Assembly (NCBI GenBank): GCA_015491135.1
Contig: WFWK01000073.1
Coordinates: 1 to 32,330, forward strand
Source: Patescibacteria group bacterium
GTDB taxonomy: Bacteria > Patescibacteriota > Minisyncoccia > Phycocordibacterales > UBA2100
DNA length: 32,330 bases
Direction of reading: 5' to 3'
Below are positions 32,176 to 32,330 of the stretch, piece after piece (position 1 is the stretch's first letter; every line of letters begins with the position of its first letter). Made by a program: the position numbers and the translations under genes. Below the pieces are notes generated by a model. It ran no database searches, was not told the DNA's origin, and worked only from the letters and a program-made list of their open reading frames with translations.

Positions 32176-32328
32176 TTAAAACCCGAATACCGCCCACCAC
32201 GGTTTTTTGATTTGAACGGGAGCTAAATCCTTATCAAGTATCAACTCAACCGTGACCTTTAAAGGAAATATCCCAAAAAGCTTTATTTGCTCTTTCTTTT
32301 TTACAATCACCATCTCCCCTAATATTTC
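32176..32328 (-). CDS. Possible 3' end of a gene continuing beyond the window (or a short ORF from MVIVKKK)
   Basis: My manual translation gives ...EILGEMVIVKKKEQIKLFGIFPLKVTVELILDKDLAPVQIKKPWWAVFGF*. It is not in the ORF track and I recognise no family. Confidence 0.25.
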   Translation of the reverse strand, partial: EILGEMVIVKKKEQIKLFGIFPLKVTVELILDKDLAPVQIKKPWWAVFGF

Positions 32329-32330
32329 CA

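Noticed and set aside
1-32330. Search for CRISPR arrays, rRNA genes, transposases, integrases, and known defence or toxin-antitoxin gene pairs
   Set aside because: I saw no regularly spaced direct repeats and no IS-like terminal inverted repeats with a transposase ORF. I saw no integrase next to the tRNA and no recognisable defence-system proteins. The only mobile element supported is the group I intron.

Overview
This is a low-GC bacterial chromosome segment. Spot counts of ordinary 60-nt lines give about 33-37% G+C. Most of it is housekeeping genes. On the + strand: def-fmt, argH and RNase R. On the - strand: hpf, a voltage-gated K+ channel, dnaG, rpoB-rpoC, trmD, a KH protein, rpsP, a short SMC, RNase III, a NusB-Nudix fusion and rpmF. 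Reduced or fused housekeeping proteins, charged tails on ribosomal proteins and an intron-split tRNA suggest a reduced-genome uncultivated lineage such as Patescibacteria/CPR; this is inference only. Eight accessory or unusual elements interrupt the backbone. (1) A tRNA-Asn(GUU) is split in its anticodon by a 716-nt group I intron carrying an HNH endonuclease ORF, and a decayed copy of the tRNA 3' end lies about 100 nt downstream. (2) A G+C-elevated block of about 4 kb encodes an ArgH-like lyase, a 59-aa ORF, an Asp/Glu racemase, an unknown 186-aa protein and an AstE/AspA-family deacylase. (3) A CsoR-controlled operon with a recognisable operator encodes a DsbA-like protein, a membrane-anchored HMA protein and a CxxC membrane protein, with no efflux ATPase. 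(4) An ORF of 65-78% G+C encodes an Ala/Leu/Gly-rich membrane protein and has AT-rich flanks. (5) A small basic protein of about 62% G+C lies next to dnaG. (6) An orphan GcrA-family gene is present. (7) A structured intergenic RNA candidate lies between rnr and smc. (8) Intrinsic terminators follow several short genes or transcription units. I saw no CRISPR array, transposase, integrase or rRNA. All family assignments come from motif recognition by eye and need HMM or BLAST confirmation.
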